A stretch of 63,943 bases of DNA, the filler included, from Reticulomyxa filosa (taxonomy: Eukaryota; Protista; Foraminifera), in NCBI GenBank assembly GCA_000512085.1. It is 18 parts of 18 records of this genome, joined end to end, with 100 filler letters (N's around TTAATTAATTAA, not from the genome) between each part and the next. Parts side by side here need not be neighbours in the genome. Positions count along the whole stretch, not along the records: positions 17,004 to 24,795 come from ASPP01009439.1; positions 24,896 to 26,049 come from ASPP01040085.1; positions 26,150 to 29,102 come from ASPP01026136.1; positions 29,203 to 30,337 come from ASPP01029810.1; positions 30,438 to 32,275 come from ASPP01003865.1; positions 32,376 to 33,445 come from ASPP01039485.1; positions 33,546 to 35,311 come from ASPP01008026.1; positions 35,412 to 38,162 come from ASPP01017204.1; 10 more parts are not named here. One strand, written 5' to 3'. The position numbers and the translations under genes were made by a program. Each line of letters begins with the position of its first letter. Positions within the stretch are counted from its first letter, which is position 1. Below are positions 24,060 through 35,898 of the stretch, one piece after another. The notes under the pieces were generated by a model. That model made no database searches and was not told the DNA's origin. It saw nothing but the letters and a program-made list of their open reading frames with translations.

Positions 24060-24400
24060 GCATGAATAGAACCAATTTTCTCTACAAAAAATAAACATTT
24101 ACCCTAATTTTGTTTAATATACAAGTCTTGTAGTTTTAATATGAAATTTAATTTATAATAACTTTTTCTATGGTTAAATTGTTTTTCATATAATTTTGAA
24201 AGTTTCGCAGGAATGCATATAATCAAACTTGTATTGACAATATGAAATTTAAAAATTTTTTTGTTTCTTTAGTAATCTTCAAGTCACGTAGTACTTTTAA
24301 AATAGCATTGTATCTTTCGTAGTTTTTAATTATTTATCTTGCAAGCATGACACCTTTTGAACCAAGGCAAGTTCAACTCATGATATTGCATTTACTAAAA
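24060..24400. repeat. Diverged direct repeat, copy B (copy A at 19520-20120)
   Basis: Colinear with 19520-19810 and 20070-20120. Confidence 0.75.
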
Positions 24401-24894
24401 CTTGATTTTTTGATTTGTTATTTTTTTGCTATAGTTGTACCAAACAACAGCAATCAATCATAGCAAAGTGGATATAATCTTTTTCTGTGTGCTTTTGAGA
24501 AGCATCACTAGTATTTTTGCTCGGCAGATCTAATGTTACTACTTCACTTGCAATATCATTGGTATCATATGTTGATATTACTGTATTCATAAAAAATAGC
24601 TGAGCTGTATCATGTCACGTTTTACACTATTCAACTTTTTGTCATTTGTTTTGCATTTTGTTGTTTCTGTCAACATACTAATGGATTCGTCAAGCAATTT
24701 TGTTGGAATTTTATTTGATTCTTCTTTTTATTTATCTCAAAAATTATTTCCCTTTTACTTTGTTTTCTTCTTTGGTTGCGTTATTCATCTTTCTTNNNNN
24801 NNNNNNNNNNNNNNNNNNNNNNNNNNNNNNNNNNNNNNNTTAATTAATTAANNNNNNNNNNNNNNNNNNNNNNNNNNNNNNNNNNNNNNNNNNN

Positions 24895-25275
24895 NCTTCT
24901 CTTGTTTCACGAGCTCAATTACGTGAACTGCAAGCAGACGTAAAGTTGTGGAAAGAGTTTGTCCGTTCACGAACAATTATTGCATCACAACACGAAAAAA
25001 TTCGAAAAGAAACACTGTACAAGTGTGCTGAAATAATTGACGAATGTCAAACTGTGGAAGAAACAGATGCATTACAAAATGAAATGAAGAAAAAATTAGA
25101 CCAAATCCAAGATAAGTGTCTAAATTTAGAAAAAGAGTTGTTTGACTCATTGTATGACAAATTGTTACGAAAGCGACTCGAAGAAGAAGCAGAAGAGCAG
25201 TTTGAAAAATACATTGCTTATATTGTAGAACTTTTTGATAAAGAGACAAAAAGAAATTCAAAAATTTCTGATTGA
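24895..25275 (+). CDS. C-terminal fragment of a coiled-coil/helical protein
   Basis: Open frame from the contig start, E/K-rich heptads, ends in TGA. Confidence 0.5.
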   Translation, partial: XSLVSRAQLRELQADVKLWKEFVRSRTIIASQHEKIRKETLYKCAEIIDECQTVEETDALQNEMKKKLDQIQDKCLNLEKELFDSLYDKLLRKRLEEEAEEQFEKYIAYIVELFDKETKRNSKISD

Positions 25276-26199
25276 ATTGTTTTTCTTATAATTGTTTACT
25301 CATACGTTGTTAAAATGTATTTCACTGCTTGATTCAATATGAAAGTGTAACATCAACTCATTTGCAATTTTTTTTGCAATGTGAAACTGAAGTAACTTAA
25401 GAGATGATGTAAAAAGTTGTATGGACAGCATCACAAGGGCAAAATTATATTGGCAGTAATGAAAGCGCAGCTTAACTATAGTTGCAATTTGATATTAACA
25501 AACAGAATGTTTTGCTAGAATGTAGCATATAAAATCAATCAAAAAAATTTGTTTTCCAACAAAAAAAACAATTTATTTTTATGCTAATTAAATAAGTTTT
25601 CGTTATGTAATATTTTAGTTTAACAAAGGATAATGTAAAAAAAAAAAGAATTAAATATATATTACTATGATGACTAAATAACATGTAATATTTACAATTA
25701 AATAACATTTATCAATATCAGTAAAATATTGTATAATATAAATATATACTACATTTTTAAACAAACAAATATTTTTTTATTGTGATTATTATATTACTCC
25801 GCCAAGACAGCATATAACAATCACAAAAACGTAAATAAATAGTACACTTACTGAAAAGTGTGTTTTCAAGCTTGTGACAGAAAGCGAGCAAAACAGCTAC
25901 AAAACAAAAAAACAAAAACAGCAATGGGGAAATCAAACTACAGATAATAAGCAACAAACAATCTTAGAACATGTCAAGAGTGTGTTTTAAAGTATATGAT
26001 TAGAGATAAACTTACAAAGGGGAACGTAACTCTTAATTGCCAAATTTGTNNNNNNNNNNNNNNNNNNNNNNNNNNNNNNNNNNNNNNNNNNNNTTAATTA
26101 ATTAANNNNNNNNNNNNNNNNNNNNNNNNNNNNNNNNNNNNNNNNNNNNCCATTTTTTCCATTTCATCACCACAATTCATCTTTTCATATAAAAAAGAA

Positions 26200-29100
26200 T
26201 TAACGCAAAAACAATTATCTTAAAATAGACAAAGTATTACAATGACGGGATAGCGGGCGAGGTCGACACATTGATAGACATACATAGACAAGGTTTGCAA
26301 GAGTCGATTTCAAAAAAGAATTGTAGTGCTGGTTGTTGGCGTGCAAACGAAAATGACATAATCTTTCGCGATATAACAATGGTGTCGGCGAATCAAATGT
26401 CCAGTTAGTAACAAAAAAAATAAAATTTCTTTTAGGCTTATTATTTAAAAAAATGACGATCTTGGTATTTAAAACATACAATAGACTCACGCGGTTTGAG
26501 CAATAGAATATGCTCCGCTTATTAAAGATATGACGCAAAGCGTTGAGCAATTGGTGGAAAACGATATTGACGATAGTGGCAAGGAAACGCGCCAGAGCAA
26601 AGCCTCTGTGATGTGGTTGACTCGCAGCCCAGACGCAATGAAAATGTTGAGAATGGAATTTTCCAAACAAATACGGGAGAAATGCGCGAGACTTCCCGGA
26701 AAAAAATAATGCAAAGCCATTTCATCTGGCAATTGGAATACGGGGCACATTACATGTCTCCACAACAATATCTCATAGTGTTGAGACCCCCAATCTCGAG
26801 TAGCACCAAGCCACCAAGGCAAAACATATATATGTTGCTGCAAACAAATGCCGTCAGTACTTCCACAACTTGCATTTCTTCCAGGTATAGATTGTCCTTT
26901 TTTGTGTATGGCATACTTGATCAATTTTTAGAAGTATAAATGTGTAAATAAATATATGTACATACTTTGTTTTGTTGGATTTTTTAAAAAAGATAAATAC
27001 ATAAATAAAATGTGATATAATGATATGTGTGTAGGCCATACTGTGATGGAAAAAAAAGATACCACGGGGTAGAATGCCACCCCTGTCTCCGAAAGGAGCA
27101 AACAAGGTTTGCTTTGTCTTCTTTTTTTAAAACATAATAACCTGTTGTGTGTTTGTAATAGGAATTCCCCCGCCCACAAAACAGCGTTCCATTTATTTCT
27201 CCACTTTCACACAAAAAAAAACTGGGGTTGAAATCTACCCAGTGTACAAAAGAAAAAACAAAGGTTTGTTTTTTTTTATATGTATAATCCTTTCGATATA
27301 CGATTTGATTGTGTGTGCTTGGTGAAACAGGAATTCCCCCTCGCAAAGAAAAAAATATATAAATATATACATATATTTTTTATACTTACCTAAATCCTTC
27401 AAAAAAAAAGTATTGTTAATGTTTTCTCAAAGGAAAAAGATTGGATATTCATGTGCAGCAAAGGGCCAGCAAATTTGTAAGTTTTTCTGCAATAGGGGGG
27501 GGGGTGGTGAAAATATTGTTAATAATGGAGGAAATTGATAATAAGAAAAAAATGATAGAAAAAGAAAAAAATGAAAAAAAAAAGAGATAAAAAAGGATAA
27601 AAAAAAGAAAAAAGATAAGTGAAAAAGAAAAAAAAGATAATAAGTGAAAGAAAAAAAAAAGAATAAGAATAAAAAGAAAAAAAAAGAACAAGAATAAGAA
27701 ATAGATTAATTAAAATTTTATTTTTTAATTTTATGGGAGCTATGACTCCAAAAATTATTGTTGTCACGTGATGATAACAAATATTAGTTAAGTAATTTTT
27801 TTATTTTATGTGTTTGTTTGAAACAATTATTTCTGATTTTCCGGTCAAAGTTATTGCGTTACCATAGAAACACTGCTTGTTGTTTTTTTGTAGATTGTGG
27901 CTCCATTGCGTCGTGATTGAGTTATTGATGTTTTGCAGCCTCGTATATTATCGTCGACATACAAATTGGCAAAACGAGTATCAACAATTGCACCAGCCAA
28001 TTAATATTATAATCGATCAACTTAAATCCAACATTATCCACATCAATGCCACTGACAAAATCTCCAACAATGCAATCCACACGCACTATTTGTAAGGGCA
28101 GCGAAAAAGAAAATAGAAAGTCCTTTCGCAAATTTCTGGCTTTATTATCGACATCATCAAAAGTGGTCTGAAGTCAATGAGATAATGGTCCAAGCAGATA
28201 ATATGTAGTGGGTGCGTCTGTTCGATATACTAATTGCCAGAATTCGTCAGCAGTTGAAGTTTATATCCGCGCTCAAGTGGACTGCGCTATGTACGAACTG
28301 TAAAGATCATAACCTAGCTGATAGTGTCACAATTTTTTTTTATAGTATACGTCCAATCCAACTGTCGTTCCATGTGCTTTCACTTTTTCGCCGACGCCAA
28401 TACATTGAATACACGTATTGCGACCATATCTCAATTATTTTTTTTTTTTTAAGAATCTGATATACACAGTTTGTATGAATGTAACTGTGGTTCCATGTAC
28501 TTGAATACCACATTATTCAAAATCCCACCGACAAACTATCCAGCTCCACATTAGCACACAAGCATTTCCTGAAACTAATCACGACACCACAAAGCCAGAA
28601 CGGTTACTAGTACAACAGCAGCGCACCGTCCAGTTCAATTGGTTCAAGTATTAATCTGAATACTTTATTTATTGAAGAAAGATCGCACTTCGAACAAATT
28701 GCACTTCCAGGCTCTTCGCAATCATCGACTTGCAATTCTATTACGTCCATAATTACCGATAGAATATGAACACTGGCCGACCATACTTCTGAGATTATCT
28801 TCATTTGCAACAACGCAGGATATCAATTGTTGCAACATCGGAACATTTTCACAAATTGAACATTGCCTTCAAGGTGTCATATCAATACTCGAATGGGTAA
28901 TTCTCACTCCAAGCAAGCAATCCTCTAGACAAAAGTGGATATCAATGGAGTAACGAAAGTGGTTGCAGTTATTGTGACACGCACGAAAAAGCCAATCATA
29001 TTCATATAATCAATCGAAATTAATCCGAGCACGTCCTCTTTTCTCAACATCATCGATCCCCTCCACAATAATCTCCAATTTGTGGTTATTATTTGTCTCG
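26200..29100 (+). repeat. Dispersed repeat family, copy 2: degenerate flanks, twin-hairpin core 27066-27341, A-rich tract ~27540-27720
   Basis: Core matches 14531-14817(-). Upstream 26740-26890 resembles the reverse complement of 15180-15330. Downstream GGAGCTATGACTCC matches 14047-14061(-). Confidence 0.7.
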
Positions 29101-29202
29101 TTNNNNNNNNNNNNNNNNNNNNNNNNNNNNNNNNNNNNNNNNNNNNTTAATTAATTAANNNNNNNNNNNNNNNNNNNNNNNNNNNNNNNNNNNNNNNNNN
29201 NN

Positions 29203-29885
29203 CATTTGCATTTGTATTTGCATTTGTATTTGCATTTGTATTTGCACTTGTGAGTGTGTTTGAAATCAATGATGGGACGAGCGAATGCAAGCCATGCCAA
29301 TGCAGTCCAGACTTGTCTTCGCCCCTGGATTCCTTGATTCTTGTGGACATGTACTTGCTCATTAGAGCGGGGGGCATGGGTGGATCAGCATAGCCATTGC
29401 GTAGCAGCGGATGTGAAGGGAACACGGACCAAGGCGACAACGACGGCGGTGGTGGCGGAGGAATAACAGCAGGAACAACAGAAGGAGGAGCAGCAGCAGT
29501 AGTGGCAGTGGCAGTGGCAGTAGTAGACGAGCCTCGATGCAATGTCGGAGGTAAAGACTGACTACTATTGTTATGATTCACAGCATTGGCATTTGCATTG
29601 TTATTGTTGTTGCAAGGAATGGTGGATGCATTAGTGTTGTGTTTGCCATTGTTGGTGCATAAGCTGGGGAGGTTGAGTGGGGTCATCGGGGGGGACTCTT
29701 GCACCTGTTTGTGCGGATCCAGTCCATCTGTATTGAAATATCCTAATTCATACGGCGCCGAGCAGCTGTACGTGGAAGGAGGCTCTTTGCCCCACTTCAC
29801 TTCCGATTCCGCTTTCAATTCTAATTCCTTGTCCCACATGTGTGGCATTCGACCTCTTCTCTGTCCCGTCTTTTTTTGTTCTTCT
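29203..29885 (-). CDS. Exon of a Pro/Thr/Asn-rich low-complexity protein, partial
   Basis: Open frame after a (TG)n/(TA)n intron: EEQKKTGQRRGRMPHMWDKELEL...PPPPPP...; no domain recognised. Confidence 0.5.
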
Positions 29886-29887
29886 TT

Positions 29888-29920
<33 letters not shown>

Positions 29921-30437
29921 GTATATATATATATTTATATATGTATATGCATATATACATATATACATATACACATATACATATATATGTACACGTATAT
30001 GAACACGTAATACAATAACACCTTCACTTTTGAACACTCATCAAATGTTCTTGTGTAAAGTGCAACAGCGGATAAAAAAAAATAGTTTAACTTTGGCCAT
30101 TGATTGTCTTGGTTTCAATTGGACTTGGTTTCTTTTTTTTTTTTTTTTTTTTTTTTTTTCCCCTTTTCCCAACTGCGCTTTTTAAATGTTGCTTTGATTA
30201 CAAATCTTTGAGATAGGAGCTCCAAAGATGACAATGAACAACTCATTCAATCGCGTGACAATATCGCTGAGTGCTTCAATGTTTTCAATGTTGAGTATAG
30301 TGATAGGAAATACAACAACAACAACAAAAAAGGATGANNNNNNNNNNNNNNNNNNNNNNNNNNNNNNNNNNNNNNNNNNNNTTAATTAATTAANNNNNNN
30401 NNNNNNNNNNNNNNNNNNNNNNNNNNNNNNNNNNNNN

Positions 30438-32275
30438 ATCATTAGTCGTAGTCGATTGGTTATCGTCAAGTAACTTTTGCAAAGAAAGTGAAGATTGGTT
30501 TGTCAATGAATCCACAAATATTGTCTTCCATTTTCTACGTTTTCCCCAATATTTTTAAAAAATTATTAGAATACAAATGCAAAGTAATAAAAAAAAAAAA
30601 AAATAGATAAACTTGGTAAAAATGATTGGAAAAGCGTGTTGCAATTTATGCACACTACGCACGATGAGAACAACCAATTTCTTTGACTTTTGTGTATTGC
30701 AATCTTTCTCTTCATCTTTATATTTCTTTTCGTCTTTGTTGTTGTCTTTGTTGTTATCTTTGTTGTAATCTTTGTAATATGAAGCATGAGCAGTCTCAAG
30801 AATCCATTTAATTTGGAAAAATTGTGTCAAATCCTCGGAATTTTTATATTGATATCTTACAATGAACTTATCAGACTCGCTTTCAGTGAAAAATTGTTTG
30901 ACATCTTGTTCAAAATTACTCACTTTCGCATATTTTTCCACACGTTTGCAATTCCATTTGCGTTGAAAGGCATTTTGCATTTCATCGAATGTCAATATTA
31001 ACAACATTTTACTATCACATAACTCTTGTGTTTCATTTACAACCTCTTTCTATGTATACATATATATGTTTATATATTCATTTATGTTTATATTTTATTT
31101 ATGTCAGTTATTTCGTTTACAACAAAGCAATTAAACAAATGCAAAGAAAGTCGGCTTGATTGGATTGTTGCCATTGAAATTCTCGCGTGTTTTCAATTCC
31201 ATAATTTTTTCAGGATTGAGAAGAGGAGAGAAGAGTTGGTGCAACGAATTGATTTCAGTTTGTGCCAACTTTTCGTTTTTTCTGTCAGTGGATGAAAAAG
31301 ACTCTTGTGGTAATGCATATGAAATGGCTGAAGGAATGGTATCTTCATTGAATCCACAAAAAAGTTGGGTAATTCTTGGTTGGAAATGCCATATACTTCG
31401 CACAAATCTCTTTGAAATGCTTCCACTTTTTTAGTTTGTAGTGGTGACAACAATTTACGATAGGATATCCATTGTCTTTCAAATCGATTGAAAAATGCTT
31501 TTTCCATCTTTTCACATTAAACAAAACATATTATTTTTTTAAAAAATACAACCTTTGATTTTATTTTTGTATTGTATTGTATTGTATTGTTGTAACTGGA
31601 TCATTGAAATCCTTTTCTTGAATAACGACAATACATTTGAAGCTATGAGAAACATAACACTCTCTACTGCTGCTCTCCACAGACATTCCACACATGCGTT
31701 GATCTGTTTATACATTTTTTTGTCATTTAAAAAATTTTGCAAAAAAAAAAAAAGCAATAAGAATAACCTCCTTTGATTTGATATCTTTGATTGAGCATAT
31801 TGTATAGACATTCATGAATGGATTTCAAATTAAATAAAATCACTGTTTTCCCTGTTTCCATGCAATTGATGACTTTGTGCAAATGATCAAAATTTGTGGT
31901 AGCAGTCATATCAGCAGGAAATAGACTTTCAAACAAAAAGATCACATCATGGTATGGCAGTATATTATGATCCAATAACAATTGCCAAGAATGTTGATTT
32001 TCACAAATCAATAAGCAATGTCTACAATTCGCATCATTGAGATTGGCTTTGACGCATTGCAAAGATCCCCAGCAATTCATCTTTTCCAACACTTTTTCTT
32101 TTGTTAATCCTGACATCCTTTGCAAGAGATGCTTGAATGGTTCTTGATATTCCTTTCCCTTATAACCACCCAAATTCCTCATTATACCTTCGAATGATTG
32201 ACGAGGCACTTCCTCTTTTTCTAAATAATGTCGAATTAAGGCATAAAAATCTCTGGTGCCTATCAAATTGGTTTC
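30438..32275 (-). CDS. RNF213/mysterin-like dynein-type AAA+ ATPase, internal fragment (one frameshift near 31370)
   Basis: GTRDFYALIRH...IMRNLGG...RHCLLICEN...FESLFPAD...KVINCMETGKTVILFNLKSIHECLYNMLNQRY...CYVSHSFKCIVV...FFNRFERQ matches the RNF213 AAA motifs GLRDYYSLIK, CMETGKMVLLLNLQNLYESLYDALNQYY and LINRLEK. Confidence 0.85.
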
Positions 32276-32499
32276 NNNNNNNNNNNNNNNNNNNNNNNNN
32301 NNNNNNNNNNNNNNNNNNNTTAATTAATTAANNNNNNNNNNNNNNNNNNNNNNNNNNNNNNNNNNNNNNNNNNNNTTTTTTTTTTGATTGTATATAGGAA
32401 TACGTATAACCAATTACTGTTGAATTGGAAGGCCTTGGAGAACAAATGACATTCGCTGTGGGGATTTGCAATATTGAAGGTAAATCTTTTTTTTTCATG

Positions 32500-33420
32500 T
32501 CTAACTTAAGCTAAATATTGTGTGTATTTGAATAGAGCAACATAATGTGGAAAAAAAAAAAAGAATTTGGGGTAGAAACCACCCCTGTCTCCGAAAGGAG
32601 AGCAACAGGTTTGTTTCATTATCTTTTTTTAAAATATATATTTAAATGTTGTATGTTTTGTACCAGGTTTCCCCGCTTGGCAAAGATTATTCCAGTGCAG
32701 TTCATCAGTATCCACACAAAAAAGAAAAGAAAAAGAAAATCGGGGTTGAAATCCTCCCCGTCTCCGTAAGGAGTAAAAAAAGTATGTCTATGTTTGTATT
32801 TATTTTTTTTGTATATTTATCAAATAATGTTGTTGTGTTTGTGAAGAAATACAAATAGGAATTCCCCCAAGAAAAAAAATATATGTACATATCTTTTTTT
32901 TTACATATCCCTTAAAAAAAAATTATGAAGTGTTTGTTATAGGAAAAATGAATGGAAAGCATTATTCACAAGTTAAGTTATTGATATATTTTTGTCCTTA
33001 AAAAAATTATAAAATATACGTTTGTTTGTTTGTGTGTACATATCAATTCGCAAAAAAAAATTGTATTATGTATTTGTTTGATAGAAAAAAAAATGTATTA
33101 ATAAAAAAAAAGAATAAGAAATGAAATATAGAAGAAAAAATAAATTGAAAAAAAAAAAGGAAAATGAAAAGAAATAGAAAAAGAAAAAAAAAGAAAGAAA
33201 ATAGAAAATAATAGGAAAAAAAAAGAAAAAAAGAAAGAAATAGAAAAGAAAAAATAAAAAAGAAATAGTAAAATATAAAAAAGAAATAAAAATAAAAAAA
33301 AAAAAGAATATTCTATCAAAAAATAATAAATGAAAAAAAATAATGAAGAAAATAAAATGAAAAAAGGATAACAAGATCCTGCCCAAGTGTTAGAAAAATA
33401 GTTACCTTTATATTTCTCCA
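32500..33420 (+). repeat. Dispersed repeat family, copy 3: twin-hairpin core 32569-32868, A-rich tract ~33070-33370
   Basis: GGGGTAGAAACCACCCCTGTCTCCGAAAGGAGA, CGGGGTTGAAATCCTCCCCGTCTCCGTAAGGAG and AGGAATTCCCC. Confidence 0.85.
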
Positions 33421-33675
33421 ATTATCTTCAATTGATTTGTTTTTTNNNNNNNNNNNNNNNNNNNNNNNNNNNNNNNNNNNNNNNNNNNNTTAATTAATTA
33501 ANNNNNNNNNNNNNNNNNNNNNNNNNNNNNNNNNNNNNNNNNNNNACATATTTGTGTGGTGCAAAAAAAAAAAAAAAAAAAAAAAAAAAGGGGGTTTGAA
33601 TGAATTTTAAAAAAAAAAAAAAATGCCACCCAACTTTGCAATCAACAAAAATGAAAAGCGACCACGACGCGGACA

Positions 33676-35231
33676 TTGGACTTGAACAGTCCCGACAATT
33701 ACAAGAACCGCAAAAACGCAGAGATCGACATGGAGCAATACTTTGACCTGAAGTTGGTGAAATCGTTCCAGCTGGAGTCGAGCCGCGTTTGCGTGTGCAT
33801 GAAGTTCAGCGAACATTTGGTGAAGTGGCCGACGTTCACTGTGCAACTGGCGTGTCTGTGCAAAAAGCCCAACGTGGTGCTGCTGTACATGCTCCAATTC
33901 CAAGGCAATCGCGACATCCGAGTCGAGCTGCTCAAAACCATCGCTGTGGAGTCGGTCATTAGTCCATTCTTTGACGTCTCCCCGGCGTGGCTCGAATATT
34001 CGTTCTGCAGTAATTTTCTATGGGTTACTGGCTACGTTGATCTCAAGTCCAAGCAAGCCAACAATACAAGTCGTCCCTATTCGAATAAAGCTGACTTTGC
34101 AAAGAAGCAATCATTTCTTGAATTTTCCGAAACCTCGTCTGGTGAACCGCAAGAACTAGCCCTTAGTGAATCTATGTTGAGCATATACATATATATATAA
34201 TGTATACGTATACGTATACATATACATATATATAATATATACGTATACGTGTACGTATACATAAATAATAAACAAAACTTGATCAGACCCAAACCGGATG
34301 AAAAGTTAGCCAAAGAAACGAGCTCCTTCAGCCACTACAACAAAAAAGGACAGTACGTTGGATGCCTGGCTTGCATCGATGTGTTCAACCCACCGAGCAA
34401 AGTGCAGTTCAGCGACAATGACTACCAAACGCACCCGGGCGTACATCAAGAGCGCATTCAAAAGTTTTTGAGCAATGAGCAAGGGATACACACATGGCCG
34501 AAAATGCTGCCGGAACTGTTGGACCATTACATCAACGAAACACTCATCGCTTCGCTTTACAACAGAGGCAAACTATCAGGACCTCTTCCTCCTTCCTGCA
34601 GTGAGGCGGCATTGAAGTCAAAGCTCTTTTTCGACCAACATTACATTACTTTTGATAATATAGCTTTCATCAAAGGTTGGCTCTTTTTGCTTTTTTCACT
34701 AAACACACGCATACATATACAAATATATATATGTACATATATATGTATATACATATTTTTATATGTACATATATTTATTCACATGCATACGTATACGTAT
34801 TATGTACATGTATGTATATACATATATATATATATATGTATATAGGAACGTGCAGCTATGCGCCCAACTATGCAATTGCATTGCGATCCGCAGAACTACA
34901 AACCTCGATAGTGTTTGTGCTGTCGCAAAGAGGTATGAATTGGTTGAAACCCGACTTTATATACCAGACCGTGGACGTGCCCACTAGCGCAGTTAGCACG
35001 TCTTTCATTGGACGAATGGTGTTCAGCGGCAATGACGCCGTGCTGGTGGGCGGCAGCAACACAGGAGAGCTGTACTTTTGGAAGCGCGCCGACGCCAGTG
35101 CCTTTGGCACCCGCGCTCGTGGCAACAGCAGCGCTACGACCACTGATAACGAAGCAGATACGGACGATGATCTTCCTCTCAGTGATTCTGCTCTTCCCAA
35201 TTTGAGCAACTCCAATCCCACTTCAGTTTAG
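33676..35231 (+). CDS. Beta-propeller (WD40-like) protein fragment, 3 exons
   Basis: Exons splice in phase (ESI|PKP, IK|GTC). Last exon carries the WD-like blade FIGRMVFSGNDAVLVGGSNTGELYFWK. Confidence 0.55.
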
Positions 35232-35270
35232 ACTTATACATGTATACGTATGTCCATTGATGTGGCCTAT

Positions 35271-35305
<35 letters not shown>

Positions 35306-35898
35306 CATATANNNNNNNNNNNNNNNNNNNNNNNNNNNNNNNNNNNNNNNNNNNNTTAATTAATTAANNNNNNNNNNNNNNNNNNNNNNNNNNNNNNNNN
35401 NNNNNNNNNNNGGGGGGCGCATGATGGAACTTCATTCAAGCCATGTCTCCCAAAAAAATGTGGTTGAACCGTGGAGCGTTTCTAAACTACGCTTAAACCA
35501 TTTGTTGTTTTTAGTAATTTTTGAACATCACATAAACATCACTTCGATGGGGGCAGACAATTTATTTCAAATATCTTGGTACAACTAAGCACCAAATTGG
35601 CTTACTCGAGCCTTTTTTTTCTTGGAATCACATTTGTTTTTTTATTGAACAATCGAAAAAAGTCAAGTTTATTGAAAAGTAAAGTCAATTGAGGAATGTT
35701 CGGTAGGCCAAGAATTTCTTGGAAATTTCAAGTTCACTTGGTTAACAAATTATTCATTCGTTTTTTCTAGATTTAGTATAAAAAGCAATAAACCTTTGCA
35801 AAAATAAAAAAAAGGGTGGGTTTGATTGCTCCTGCGAGAACGGTGCTGTTAGCTTGTTGTGTAAAGCGGTGAAAAAAAAAAGGATTTTTCAAACAAAG

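Noticed and set aside
27160-27175. Ubiquitin (GIPP from GGAATTCCCCC), or a hammerhead ribozyme in the repeat core
   Set aside because: No other ubiquitin residues (DQQRLIF, LRLRGG) are present, and there is no CTGATGA catalytic core.
32741-32773. tRNA gene (GGTTGAAATCC resembles a T-loop/B-box)
   Set aside because: No D-arm, anticodon arm or acceptor-stem partner, and no TTC. A tRNA-derived SINE origin is not excluded but is unsupported.
33066-33421. Phe-rich 'membrane protein' ORFs (also 27449-27767 and 14376-14567)
   Set aside because: They are translations of the T-rich strand of the A-rich tracts.
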